A stretch of DNA of 48,831 nucleotides. It comes from Deltaproteobacteria bacterium (GTDB taxonomy: Bacteria; Desulfobacterota; GWC2-55-46; S146-80). The position numbers and the translations under genes are program-made. The stretch lies in NCBI GenBank assembly GCA_015492305.1, contig WGFJ01000023.1:1-48831 (forward strand). The letters run 5' to 3'. The notes beneath the pieces were generated by a model. The model had not been told where the DNA came from. It did no database searches and saw only the letters and a list, made by a program, of their open reading frames with translations. This document shows positions 31,673 through 41,393 of this stretch, piece by piece; positions within the stretch are counted from its first letter, which is position 1, and every line of letters starts with the position of its first letter.

Positions 31673-33126
31673 AGATACCAAGGTGCATGAGCACCCAGCA
31701 TCCGGACAATGTAAACCCTCCCTTCTTTGCCGAGGACCCACAGCTTGGAGGGGAGGACGAGATCGAGGAGGCCTATTATGTCTTCTCCCACCTTGGCTGT
31801 GACGAGCAGATGTGGGATTGCGAGGGTAAGGAGGTGGATGACTATGTGGTCAAGAAGCTCCTCACCAAGTACGAGACCTTCTTCATGGAGAAGAGACTTG
31901 GAAGGGACCTCTTCATCACCCTGAGGGTGCCCAACCCAACGGTGGAAAAGGACGAGGCCAAGATCCTCCTTGAGACCCTTGAGAGCATTCCCAGGTCCTT
32001 TGACACAGCGAAGGCCTTTTACGGGGAGGATATAGCCCCCATCTTCGAGGTCATACTCCCTATGACCACCTCCCACAAATGCCTTGACCGGATATACAGG
32101 TACTATCGGGACTTTGTGGTGGGGAAACAGCACAGACCCTTCAAGGAAGGGGACATAACCATCTCCGAGTGGATAGGGGAGTTCAAGCCGGAGAGAATAA
32201 ATGTGATTCCCCTCTTTGAGGGGATGGGCTACCTCCTTGAGGCCCATAACATAACAAGGGCCTACCTTGAGGACAAGGATGTTGAGTATCAGAGGGTCTT
32301 CCTTGCAAGATCCGATCCTGCCCTCAACTATGGTCTGATAAGTGCCGTTATACTCAACAAGATAGCCCTCCTCAGGCTCTGGAGACTCTCAAGGGATATA
32401 GGCGTGGATATATACCCCATCATAGGGGTTGGTTCCCCTCCCTTCAGGGGCAATATGAAGCCCTCAACGGTAGGGAGGGTTGTAAGGGAATATCCAAGTG
32501 TTCAGACCTTTACCGTCCAGTCTGCCTTTAAATACGACAACCCCCCTGATGAGGTGAGAGGTGCCATAAAGAGGCTCCACCAGTACAGGCCCTCTGCCCC
32601 GCAGGACCTGGAAGAGGATGCCCTCCTTGAGATCATCCAGAGATACTCAGAGGTCTATCAGGGAGAAGTGGCGGCCCTCGCACCCCTGATAAACAGGATC
32701 GCCCCTTATGTGCCAAGCAGGAGAAAGAGGAAACTCCACATAGGGCTTTTTGGATACTGGAGGAGGCTCAAGGGCATACCCCTGCCAAGGGCCATAACCT
32801 TTACAGCGGCCCTTTACTCTATAGGCCTCCCTCCAGAGGTGCTGGGTATTACGGCCCTGAAGAGGGAAGACATAAGGACCTTGAAGGAAGGTTACCTGAA
32901 CCTCGAGGAGGACCTCAGGGATGCCCTCAGGTATCTCAATCCAGATAGTGAGTACCTTCCGGATGGGACAATGGAAAAACTCAAGGAGCTATCCATAGAC
33001 TTTGAGATCGATGTGGAACACAAGGAGATAACAGACCACATCATATCCCTTCTCAACGGCAATGAAGAGAGGGAGCTTGAGAGGTTTATCCTGAGGGCGG
33101 CAAATATAAGGAGATTCCTGGGTTAG
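31669..33126 (+). CDS. ppcA: archaeal-type phosphoenolpyruvate carboxylase
   Basis: MKIPRCMSTQHPDNV is the hallmark N-terminus of PepcA-type enzymes. 485 aa, with the start overlapping the ubiG stop (ATGA). Confidence 0.8.
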   Translation: MKIPRCMSTQHPDNVNPPFFAEDPQLGGEDEIEEAYYVFSHLGCDEQMWDCEGKEVDDYVVKKLLTKYETFFMEKRLGRDLFITLRVPNPTVEKDEAKILLETLESIPRSFDTAKAFYGEDIAPIFEVILPMTTSHKCLDRIYRYYRDFVVGKQHRPFKEGDITISEWIGEFKPERINVIPLFEGMGYLLEAHNITRAYLEDKDVEYQRVFLARSDPALNYGLISAVILNKIALLRLWRLSRDIGVDIYPIIGVGSPPFRGNMKPSTVGRVVREYPSVQTFTVQSAFKYDNPPDEVRGAIKRLHQYRPSAPQDLEEDALLEIIQRYSEVYQGEVAALAPLINRIAPYVPSRRKRKLHIGLFGYWRRLKGIPLPRAITFTAALYSIGLPPEVLGITALKREDIRTLKEGYLNLEEDLRDALRYLNPDSEYLPDGTMEKLKELSIDFEIDVEHKEITDHIISLLNGNEERELERFILRAANIRRFLG

Positions 33127-34469
33127 AGGCCGTATCTCCTCTTCAGGCTGTACAGGGTTGGACGGCTTATACCGAGGAGCCTTGCAGCCTTTGAGATGTT
33201 ATAGCCGCACCTTTCCAGGACCTCTTTGAGATACCACCTTTCTATCTCTGTCCTTTTCCCCCTGACCCCCCTTACCCCTTCCATGGTAAGGCCGAGATCC
33301 TCCACCCCTATCTTCTCCCCTTCGGATATGACTATGGCCCTCCTTACCTTGTTTATGATCTCCCTCACATTACCGGGCCAGGGGTAGGCCCTTATGGCCC
33401 TTATGGCCTCATCGGTGAAGGTCTTGGAGAGGCCTGCCTCCTTTGAAAACTTGTTCAGGAAATGCTTGGCGAGGATGATGCTGTCGTCTCCCCTCTCCCT
33501 TACCGGTGGAAGTTCTATCACAAAGGCCTCAAGCCTGTAGTAGAGGTCGTTCCTGAACCTTCCTCCCTCCACAGCAGCCTTTAGATCCCTGTTTGTTGCC
33601 GCAATGATCCTTACATCCACCTTCCTGCCCTTTGTGGACCCTATTCGCTCTATCGTCTGATCCTCAAGGAACCTCAAGAGCTTTGCCTGGAGGGAAAGGG
33701 GAAGCTCCCCTATCTCATCAAGGAAGAGGGTTCCCCCATTGGCCTGCTCAAACTTGCCCATCTTTGATGCGTAGGCCCCTGTGAAGGCCCCTCTCTCATG
33801 GCCGAAAAGCTCTGACTCCATAAGGTTTTCGGGTATGGCAGCGCAGTTTATGGGTATGAAGGGTTTGCCGGCCCTCTTGCTCCTCTCGTGGATGGCAAGG
33901 GCCGTAAGTTCCTTGCCCGTTCCGCTCTCGCCAAGGATAAGGACAGGTATATCCGTGGGGGCCACCTTTCTTATATTGGAGAATACCTGCAGCATCTTAT
34001 CGCAGGTGCCGACAAACTCCTGGATCTCCTCTGCACCTATCTTGAGGATCTCCGTATCAATAAAGTCCATACACCTGTGGAGTGCCTCTGTGTCGAGCCC
34101 CTCTGTGATGGAATGGATCCTTCTCAGCAGGGCCATCCTCTCGTAGTACTCAAGGTAGTCGGGTTCGCTGAAGGTAAGCCTCCACCCACATCCATTGCAC
34201 ACAGGTGGAAGGAGGGTGTACTCCTTTCCGCAGTAAGGACAGCTCTTGTAGCTTCCGAGCCTTCTGGAGATATAGTCCCATATCTTTATCTTTACCTTCT
34301 CTTCAAGGTCATGGAAACCTGTAACAACCCAGTCCCCCCCTTTCCTCACAACCCTCCCGCTGCACTCTATCTCCCCGTACTCGGGGAGCTTGCACTTTAT
34401 CAGGGTTTCCTTCTCTCCTTCTGAAAGCTGCGAAGGGAGGTTCTTGACAAGGGCACCTGCAAGGCTCAA
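33123..34469 (-). CDS. sigma54-dependent transcriptional activator with N-terminal PilZ-like and zinc-ribbon regions
   Basis: The AAA+ core shows GESGTGKEL, ESELFGHERGAFTGA and a C-terminal Fis-type HTH. The N-terminus shows ELSLAGALV... and CPYCGKEYTLLPPVCNGCGW. The frame stays open upstream to 34565 and encodes RLHPR (see finding). Confidence 0.85.
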   Translation of the reverse strand: MSLAGALVKNLPSQLSEGEKETLIKCKLPEYGEIECSGRVVRKGGDWVVTGFHDLEEKVKIKIWDYISRRLGSYKSCPYCGKEYTLLPPVCNGCGWRLTFSEPDYLEYYERMALLRRIHSITEGLDTEALHRCMDFIDTEILKIGAEEIQEFVGTCDKMLQVFSNIRKVAPTDIPVLILGESGTGKELTALAIHERSKRAGKPFIPINCAAIPENLMESELFGHERGAFTGAYASKMGKFEQANGGTLFLDEIGELPLSLQAKLLRFLEDQTIERIGSTKGRKVDVRIIAATNRDLKAAVEGGRFRNDLYYRLEAFVIELPPVRERGDDSIILAKHFLNKFSKEAGLSKTFTDEAIRAIRAYPWPGNVREIINKVRRAIVISEGEKIGVEDLGLTMEGVRGVRGKRTEIERWYLKEVLERCGYNISKAARLLGISRPTLYSLKRRYGL

Positions 34470-34657
34470 CTCTGAGATCCTTGCCTCAAGGTCCCCTGAT
34501 CTGGTGATTACAAGGGCGGGGATGTCGGTCTTGACCCTCGGATGTAACCTTATGGGTTTACCCCCTTAGTATTAATCTGTAAAAAGGATAGCATAAAGTT
34601 TACAGAACAACAATCACCTTGAGGATAGATTTTTACACAAGTGGTCTCTATGGTTTT

Positions 34658-35272
34658 TTAACCATTAATAGGTAACAGAGAGTGGAAGTAGTAGAGGGCA
34701 AGGTGGAGCCTGTTGTTTATGCCAAGCTTCTTGTAGATCCTGCTCAAGTGGCATTTGACGGTCTGCTCGCTTATGTGGAGGGCCTCGGCGATCTCTTTAT
34801 TGGTGTAGCCCTTTGCTACAAACTTTATGATCTCCTTTTCCCTCTTGGAGATGCCCTGCCTTTCGATGTTCCTGAAGAAGTTCTGTATCGAGGATATGAC
34901 CCCCTTTATGTCCTTTCTGTTTATCCACACCTCACCATTTGCTGCCGCCTTCAGGGCCTTTCTCAGCATATCAACGGATGTGGTGGAGCCAAGGACACCT
35001 ATGACATTGTCGAAGAGGAAGGGGTTGAAACCGTTTCCAAGCATCTTCTCCCCACCGAGGACAAGGACCTTTGCCTCGCTGCCGCTCAGCCTTGGCAGGA
35101 CTTCGTGGAAGAGGTCAGAATCGACCATCACTATATCTGGAGAGGACTTGACTATCTCATCCACAGGCCTCAGGGATGTGTTCAACAACTCCACCTCAGA
35201 ATCATTGGCAAGGGCAAGGGAAAGACTCTCGCAGAAAAGGGAGTTTTTACAAAGGATGGCCACCTTTATCAT
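34658..35272 (-). CDS. LuxR/FixJ-type regulator with atypical receiver-like N-domain
   Basis: The C-terminal HTH is SKREKEIIKFVAKGYTNKEIAEALHISEQTVKCHLSRIYKKLG. The N-domain lacks the acidic DD pair (KVAILCKNS). ATG 35272 with GGAGGTG RBS is preferred over the track start at 35314. Confidence 0.75.
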   Translation of the reverse strand: MIKVAILCKNSLFCESLSLALANDSEVELLNTSLRPVDEIVKSSPDIVMVDSDLFHEVLPRLSGSEAKVLVLGGEKMLGNGFNPFLFDNVIGVLGSTTSVDMLRKALKAAANGEVWINRKDIKGVISSIQNFFRNIERQGISKREKEIIKFVAKGYTNKEIAEALHISEQTVKCHLSRIYKKLGINNRLHLALYYFHSLLPING

Positions 35273-35445
35273 AGAACACCTCCTTACGCTACATAATCCC
35301 CCATACCTCCACACTGCACTATAAATGATCTTCTTCCCTTCCGTCTTCCTTAAAAAGGATAATGTAAAATACCAGGATTGTCAAATTATTGACGAAACTT
35401 CTTTGTAACTATTTAAAGTGTAATGGATTTGTTAAGATTAATAAG

Positions 35446-36474
35446 GTGAAGAGAGCTATCATCCATGTGGACATGGATGCCTTTTTTGCCTCCATAGAGC
35501 AGCAGAGGCATCCAGAGCTCAGGGGAAGACCCGTTGTGGTTGGCGGAAGAGGGGACCCCCGGGCAAGGGGTGTGGTATCTGCTGCCTCCTATGAGGCAAG
35601 GAGGTACGGCATAAGGTCTGCCATGCCCCTTAAGGAGGCCTACAGGCGGTGTCCTCATGCCGTATTCCTGCCCGTTGATTTCGAGACATACGAGAAGGTC
35701 TCCCAGAGGGTGATGGAGATACTCAGGGATTTCACCCCCCTTGTGGAGCCTGTGGGGCTTGATGAGGCCTTCCTTGATGTCACGGGTCTTGGTGACCCTG
35801 TAGAGATGGGGAAGAAGATCAAGAAGAGGATAAGGGAGGAACTCGGACTCACAGCCTCTGTGGGGATCGCCACCAACAAGCTCCTGGCGAAGATAGCCAG
35901 TGATATGGAGAAACCAGATGGGCTTACCATCATAAGGGATGAGGATCTTGAAAGGAAAGTCTTCCCCCTTCCAGTAGCAAGGCTTGTAGGGGTTGGAAGG
36001 AAGACGGAGGAGAGGCTGAGAGACCTTGGTATCAGGACCATAGGAGACCTGGCAGGTGCACCTCTCCGGACATTGACCGGTGTCTTTGGAAGGGCAAGGG
36101 GCAGGGCACTCAAGATGCATGCCCTCGGGATAGACAACACCCCTGTTATAACCCACTGGGAGCCAAGGTCCATGGGGAGGGAGATGACCTTTGAGAGGGA
36201 TAGAAGGGAGAGGGAAGTCCTCCTCATCACCCTTAAGACCCTGCTCCTTGACGTGGTCAAAAGGCTAAAGGAGGAGGGCTACATGGGAAGGACCGTTACG
36301 GTGAAGGTGAGATACAGCAACTTCTATACCACCACAAGGAGTACGACCCTTGAAGAGGCCACAAGGGATTTCGAGTATCTCTGGCAGGCTGCCTCAGCCC
36401 TTCTGGAGAGGTTTGACCTCACAAGGCCTGTGAGGCTTATAGGGGTGAGGGTTTCTAAGTTGCAAAGAGGATGA
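35446..36474 (+). CDS. dinB: DNA polymerase IV (Y-family)
   Basis: (V)KRAIIHVDMDAFFASIEQ is the canonical DinB N-terminus. SYEARRYGIRSAMP and GLDEAFLDVTG are also present. The GTG 35446 start is preferred, because track start TTG 35389 is read here as a -35 box. Confidence 0.85.
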   Translation: MKRAIIHVDMDAFFASIEQQRHPELRGRPVVVGGRGDPRARGVVSAASYEARRYGIRSAMPLKEAYRRCPHAVFLPVDFETYEKVSQRVMEILRDFTPLVEPVGLDEAFLDVTGLGDPVEMGKKIKKRIREELGLTASVGIATNKLLAKIASDMEKPDGLTIIRDEDLERKVFPLPVARLVGVGRKTEERLRDLGIRTIGDLAGAPLRTLTGVFGRARGRALKMHALGIDNTPVITHWEPRSMGREMTFERDRREREVLLITLKTLLLDVVKRLKEEGYMGRTVTVKVRYSNFYTTTRSTTLEEATRDFEYLWQAASALLERFDLTRPVRLIGVRVSKLQRG

Positions 36475-36499
36475 AGGGGTGTTAAAATCCCTTTCTGTC

Positions 36500-36586
36500 T
36501 GGTGCCGAAGGGGGGAGTCGAACCCCCACGGGGTTTCCCCCACATGACCCTGAATCATGCGCGTCTACCAATTCCGCCACTTCGGC
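36500..36586 (-). tRNA. tRNA-Leu (anticodon CAG), CCA encoded
   Basis: The reverse complement reads GCCGAAG-TG-GCG-GAATTGGTAGA-CGC-G-CATGA-TTCAGGG-TCATG. A long variable arm follows, then GGGGG-TTCGACT-CCCCC-CTTCGGC-ACCA. Confidence 0.92.
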
Positions 36587-36638
36587 CCTTGATTATGTTA
36601 CATCACTCTGGATTGGATTGTCAATCCCTGGATGGAAG

Positions 36639-38771
36639 ATGGATAAGAGAGAGATACTGAAGGGAATGGAGAAAAGCAGCAAAGGCCCCCTTACCCTTAA
36701 GGGGCTTTTAAGGCTCCTTTCCGTCCCAAAGGGTGAGAGGGAGACCTTCAAGAGACTTGTAAAGGAGATGGTAAAGGAGGGGACCCTTGTAAGGATCAGG
36801 GGAAACAGGTACGGTCTTCCGTCCAAGATGAACCTCCTTGTGGGAAGGCTCGAGGGGCATCCCGATGGCTATGGCTTTGTTATCCCTGATGAAGGTGGAA
36901 GGGATGTCTATGTGGGACCAAAGGGGATGGGTGGGGCAATGGATGGGGACAGGGTCGTTGTGAGGATCGAGAGGACGAGGAGAGATGGCAGGAGGGAAGG
37001 CAGTATAATCAGGATCCTTGAGAGGAGGAACAGGGAGATCGTTGGTGTCTACGATGAGGAGGATGGTCTTGGTGTTGTGGTGCCATTGAACGAGAGGATA
37101 CCTTACGAGGTGATCATACCACCTGGCAAGGGGAAGGTACCCCTTGGGAAGGTTGTGGTGGCAAGGATACTCCAGTTTCCAGCACCCCACCGTCCACCAA
37201 CGGGTCGTATCGTAGAGGTCCTTGGTGACCTTGAAGATCCGATGGTGGGGGTAGAGGTGATCATAAGGAAGCACAACCTGCCCCGGCTTTTCGGGGAGGA
37301 GGTGAAGGAGGAGGCCAGAAAGGTACCAAAGAGGGTGAGGAAGAGGGATGCCTCGAGGAGAAAGGACCTGAGGGACCTCAGGACCTTTACCATAGATGGA
37401 GAGGAGGCAAAGGACTTCGATGATGCCGTATCCATAGAAAGGCTTGAGGGCGGGGGATACAGGCTCTATGTCTCCATAGCAGATGTGAGCCACTATGTAA
37501 AGGATGGATCGGCCCTTGATAGGGAGGCCTATGAGAGGGGGACAAGTGTCTACTTTCCCGGCATGGTGATCCCCATGCTGCCCGAGGCACTTTCAAACGG
37601 CATATGCAGCCTGAATCCTGGAGTGGACAGACTTGCCTTCACGGTGGAGATGGACTTCACGCCCAGGGGAAAGCTGAAGAGGGCAGACTTCTATGAGAGC
37701 CTTATAAGGAGCAAGGAGAGGCTCACCTACACCCAGGTAAAGAGGATCCTCGTGGATAAGGACCCTGACCTCATGGAGAGGTACAGGGAGATGGTGAAGG
37801 ACCTGAAGGCCATGGAGGGGCTATGCAGGACCTTGAGAAAGAAGAGGATGGAGAAGGGTAGCATCGACTTTGATCTTCCCGAGGCGGATGTGGTCCTTGA
37901 CCTTACGGGAAGGGTTGAGGACATCGTGAGGGAGGAGAGGAACATAGCCCACTTCGTGATCGAAGAGTTCATGCTTGCAGCAAACAAGGCGGTGGCGGCC
38001 TTCATGGCCGAGGCAGGGAGACCATTCCTTTACCGGGTCCATGAGCCACCGGAAGAGGAGGAACTGGTCCACTTTGGGGAGATCCTCAGGGGCCTTGGGT
38101 GTCCTTACACCATAAAGGGCATTCCTTCCCCGAAGACGCTCCAGAGGATCCTTGCCTATGTGGAAGGCAGACCCGAGGAGAGGATGGTCAACCACCTTCT
38201 ATTGCGGTCCATGAAACAGGCAAGATACTCCGAGGAGAACCTCGGCCACTATGCCCTTGCCTTTCCTGTCTATACCCACTTCACATCCCCCATAAGGAGG
38301 TATCCAGACCTTGTTGTCCACAGGCTCCTTAAGGCCCATCTGAAGGGTGCATCCAGGAAGGTATGGAAGGAGTGGGAAAAGAGGCTGCCGGAGATAGCCA
38401 TCCACACATCAAAGAGGGAGAGGGTCGCCATGGAGGCCGAAAGGGAGGTTGTGGATCTCAAAAAGGTGGAGTTCATGAAGGAGAGACTTGGCGAGGAGTT
38501 CAGTGGTATTGTTTCCGGTATCACCTCTTTCGGTATCTTTGTTGAGCTCGACGAGTACCCTGTAGAGGGGATGATCCACCTATCCACCATCCCTGATGAT
38601 TACTACATCTTCGATGAAAGGAGACACATCCTGAGGGGGGAGAGGACAAAGAGGGTCTTCCGGATAGGTGATCCTGTAAGGGTGATAGTGGAAAGGGTTG
38701 ATCTCCTGAGGAGGAGGATAGACTTCACCCTTGTGGAGAAGGTCGCTACACCTTTGAGGAGAAGGGGTTGA
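36639..38771 (+). CDS. rnr: ribonuclease R
   Basis: About 710 aa with an N-terminal HTH/cold-shock-like region and an RNB catalytic core (TIDGEEAKDFDDAVSIE, YFPGMVIPMLPE, HFTSPIRRYPDLVVHR). The C-terminus has an S1 domain. ATG 36639 is preferred over TTG 36618. Confidence 0.88.
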   Translation: MDKREILKGMEKSSKGPLTLKGLLRLLSVPKGERETFKRLVKEMVKEGTLVRIRGNRYGLPSKMNLLVGRLEGHPDGYGFVIPDEGGRDVYVGPKGMGGAMDGDRVVVRIERTRRDGRREGSIIRILERRNREIVGVYDEEDGLGVVVPLNERIPYEVIIPPGKGKVPLGKVVVARILQFPAPHRPPTGRIVEVLGDLEDPMVGVEVIIRKHNLPRLFGEEVKEEARKVPKRVRKRDASRRKDLRDLRTFTIDGEEAKDFDDAVSIERLEGGGYRLYVSIADVSHYVKDGSALDREAYERGTSVYFPGMVIPMLPEALSNGICSLNPGVDRLAFTVEMDFTPRGKLKRADFYESLIRSKERLTYTQVKRILVDKDPDLMERYREMVKDLKAMEGLCRTLRKKRMEKGSIDFDLPEADVVLDLTGRVEDIVREERNIAHFVIEEFMLAANKAVAAFMAEAGRPFLYRVHEPPEEEELVHFGEILRGLGCPYTIKGIPSPKTLQRILAYVEGRPEERMVNHLLLRSMKQARYSEENLGHYALAFPVYTHFTSPIRRYPDLVVHRLLKAHLKGASRKVWKEWEKRLPEIAIHTSKRERVAMEAEREVVDLKKVEFMKERLGEEFSGIVSGITSFGIFVELDEYPVEGMIHLSTIPDDYYIFDERRHILRGERTKRVFRIGDPVRVIVERVDLLRRRIDFTLVEKVATPLRRRG

Positions 38772-38796
38772 TCCTTCTGGAAAGGTAGAGCAGGAG

Positions 38797-40458
38797 ATGT
38801 TCTTCAGGGAAAGGGGCAATGTAAAGAGGCTCAGGGAGATTGTGTATGTCTTCCTGAAGTACGGCTTCACACCCCTTATAGAGAGGCTCCACCTTTACAG
38901 GGTTGTGTCCATAGCCAGAAGGCTGAGGCTAAGAAAGGAGGCAGAGGAGCTTTCCCTCCCTGAAAGGTTGAGGCTTGCCTTCGAGGAACTGGGGCCCACT
39001 TTCATAAAGCTGGGTCAACTCCTGAGTGCAAGGCCTGACATACTGCCTGATGAATACATACAGGAACTGAGGAAGCTCCTCGATGAGGTCCCTCCTGTAA
39101 GGCCTGAGGAGATCGTAAAGGCGGTGGAGACAGAGCTTGAACTCCCCATAGGGGCTGTCTTTAAAAGGTTTGAGAGGAGGCCTGTTGCAGCGGCCTCCAT
39201 TGCCCAGGTCCACCTTGCCGTCCTCCACGATGGAAGGGAAGTGGCTGTGAAGATCCAGCGGCCGGGTATAAAGGAGACCATAGAGAAGGATATAGCCATT
39301 CTTCGCTACATAGCGAGGCTCATCGACCGTTACATCCCTGAAAGCCGGCTTTTCAATCCCACAGGGATTGTGGACGAATTTGCAAGGATGGTTGCAAGGG
39401 AGATGGACTTCCTCCTTGAGGCAAGCAGCATGGAGAGGATGTCATCTCTCGTAGAGGAGGAGGACATAATCATCCCGGAGGTTGTGAGGGAATACACCAC
39501 AAAGAAGGTCCTCACCATGGAGAGGCTTCGGGGGATGAAGGTGGATCATGTGGAAGGTCTCATGGAGGCCGGGATAGATCCAGGGGATGTGGCAAGGAGG
39601 CTGGCCGAGTTCTATCTGAAGCAGATCCTCATATACGGTTTCTTCCATGCCGACCCTCACCCGGGCAATATCTTTGTGAGGGAGGATGGCAAGATAGGTC
39701 TTTGCGACTTCGGCATCATGGGAAGATTGAGCGGAAGGCTTAAGGAGGGACTTGCGGATCTCATGATAGCTGTCATAAACATGGATTATGAGGCCATACC
39801 GAACCTCCAGATAGCCCTCGGGGTGGTGAAGGAAGAGGTGGATGTGGAGGAACTCAAGGAGGATATGAGGGACCTCCTTGCCCCCTATCACGGAAGGCCC
39901 TTAAGGGAGATAAACCCTGCTGAGGTCTTCTCACAGATAATAAGGATAGGCATAAAGTACGGCATAAGGCTGCCAAAGGAATTCATGCTCCTTGATAAGA
40001 CCTTCCTTGTCCTCGACTCCCTTTTGAGGACCCTTGATCCTGAGATCGTCCTCCTTGAGATAGCAAAGCCCTTTGCGATAGGGATCATAAGGGAAAGGAA
40101 GCGGCCTGAAAAGGCCCTTTCCGAATTCCTCCAGGAGACCCAGACCCTTCAGGCCTATATGAGGGAGTACCCTTCTCAGATACACAGGCTCCTCAAGAAG
40201 ATGGTGGAGGACAGATTCACCGTTGATTTCACCCACAGGGGGCTTGAAAACTTCATAGGCGAGATGGACCGCTCCAGCAACAGGCTTACCTTCGGGCTCA
40301 TCGTCTCCTCCCTTATAGTGGGTTCAGCCCTGATCATACTCTCAGGAGAGGGGCCGAAGATATACGGCTTTTCAGCCCTTGGGATCATAACCTTTGGCCT
40401 TGGAGCCTTACTGGGGTTTCTGCTCACCATCCTTATCCTCAGATCGGGTAAGTATTGA
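38797..40458 (+). CDS. ubiB: ABC1/UbiB-family atypical kinase
   Basis: LGPTFIKLGQLLSARPDILP, AAASIAQVH, VAVKIQRPGI and HADPHPGNIFV, with two C-terminal TM helices. Confidence 0.85.
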   Translation: MFFRERGNVKRLREIVYVFLKYGFTPLIERLHLYRVVSIARRLRLRKEAEELSLPERLRLAFEELGPTFIKLGQLLSARPDILPDEYIQELRKLLDEVPPVRPEEIVKAVETELELPIGAVFKRFERRPVAAASIAQVHLAVLHDGREVAVKIQRPGIKETIEKDIAILRYIARLIDRYIPESRLFNPTGIVDEFARMVAREMDFLLEASSMERMSSLVEEEDIIIPEVVREYTTKKVLTMERLRGMKVDHVEGLMEAGIDPGDVARRLAEFYLKQILIYGFFHADPHPGNIFVREDGKIGLCDFGIMGRLSGRLKEGLADLMIAVINMDYEAIPNLQIALGVVKEEVDVEELKEDMRDLLAPYHGRPLREINPAEVFSQIIRIGIKYGIRLPKEFMLLDKTFLVLDSLLRTLDPEIVLLEIAKPFAIGIIRERKRPEKALSEFLQETQTLQAYMREYPSQIHRLLKKMVEDRFTVDFTHRGLENFIGEMDRSSNRLTFGLIVSSLIVGSALIILSGEGPKIYGFSALGIITFGLGALLGFLLTILILRSGKY

Positions 40459-41393
40459 TGAAGGTAATATCGGATAGGGACCTAAGGAGGGAGGACCTCG
40501 AAGGTGTCATCCTTACCCTTGGCAACTTCGATGGGGTCCACCTCGGCCATCAGGAGATCCTGAAGAGGGTTGTGAAGGAGGCCCTTCTTGAGGGCACGCA
40601 ATCGATGGTCTTCACCTTCAAACCCCATCCTCTCAAGGTGATCGCCCCTGAGAGGAGGCTCTATCTCATAACAACAGAGGAGGAGAAGGAGGAACTGATG
40701 GAGGCCCTGGGGGTGGATATACTGTGCTTTGCCCGCTTCACAGAGGCCTTTGCCCAGAAGCATCCAGAGGACTTTGTAAGAGAGGTGATCATTGAGAGGA
40801 TAGGTCCGAGAAGACTCATAGTGGGATACGACTACAGCTTCGGCAAGGGGCGGATGGGTGGTATAGAACTCCTTGAGAGGATGGGGAGGGAGGCAGGTTT
40901 CCAGGTGGAGGTGATACCGCCTTTCAAGGTGGGTGATAGGATCGTCAGCTCATCCCTTATAAGGGAGCTCATCCTCAAGGGTGAGGTGCGAGAGGCCTCA
41001 AGCTACCTGGGAAGGCCCTACTCGGTGAGGGGAAAGGTGGTGAAAGGGGCTGGAAGGGGAAGGTTCCTTGGTTTTCCCACGGCAAACCTCATCCCTTCAA
41101 AGGAGCTTTTGCCGGCACGGGGGGTCTATGCCACCCTTGTCTATTTCAACGGAAGGACCCATAAAGGCGTTGCCAATGTCGGCTATGGCCCCACCTTCAA
41201 CACCCCTTCCGAACCACGCATAGAGGTCTACATATTCGATCTCAGGGGTGACCTCTACGGAAAGGAGATCACTGTCCACTTCATCGATAGGATAAGGGAG
41301 GAGAGGGCCTTTGAGAGCCCTTCCCATCTCATAAAGCAGATAGAGGAAGATATTGGAAAGGCAAAGGAGATACTCTATGGAGATAAGGGGTGA
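40458..41393 (+). CDS. ribF: bifunctional riboflavin kinase / FMN adenylyltransferase
   Basis: LTLGNFDGVHLGHQEIL, VFTFKPHP and GFPTANL...GVYA...NVGYGPTF...EVYIFD. The ATG overlaps the ubiB stop (TGATG). Confidence 0.88.
   Translation: MKVISDRDLRREDLEGVILTLGNFDGVHLGHQEILKRVVKEALLEGTQSMVFTFKPHPLKVIAPERRLYLITTEEEKEELMEALGVDILCFARFTEAFAQKHPEDFVREVIIERIGPRRLIVGYDYSFGKGRMGGIELLERMGREAGFQVEVIPPFKVGDRIVSSSLIRELILKGEVREASSYLGRPYSVRGKVVKGAGRGRFLGFPTANLIPSKELLPARGVYATLVYFNGRTHKGVANVGYGPTFNTPSEPRIEVYIFDLRGDLYGKEITVHFIDRIREERAFESPSHLIKQIEEDIGKAKEILYGDKG

Noticed and set aside
35378-35395. LexA/SOS box upstream of dinB
   Set aside because: The inverted repeat does not match the LexA consensus motifs I know (e.g. 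CTGT-N8-ACAG), and no lexA is in the window. It is reported only as an unassigned inverted repeat.
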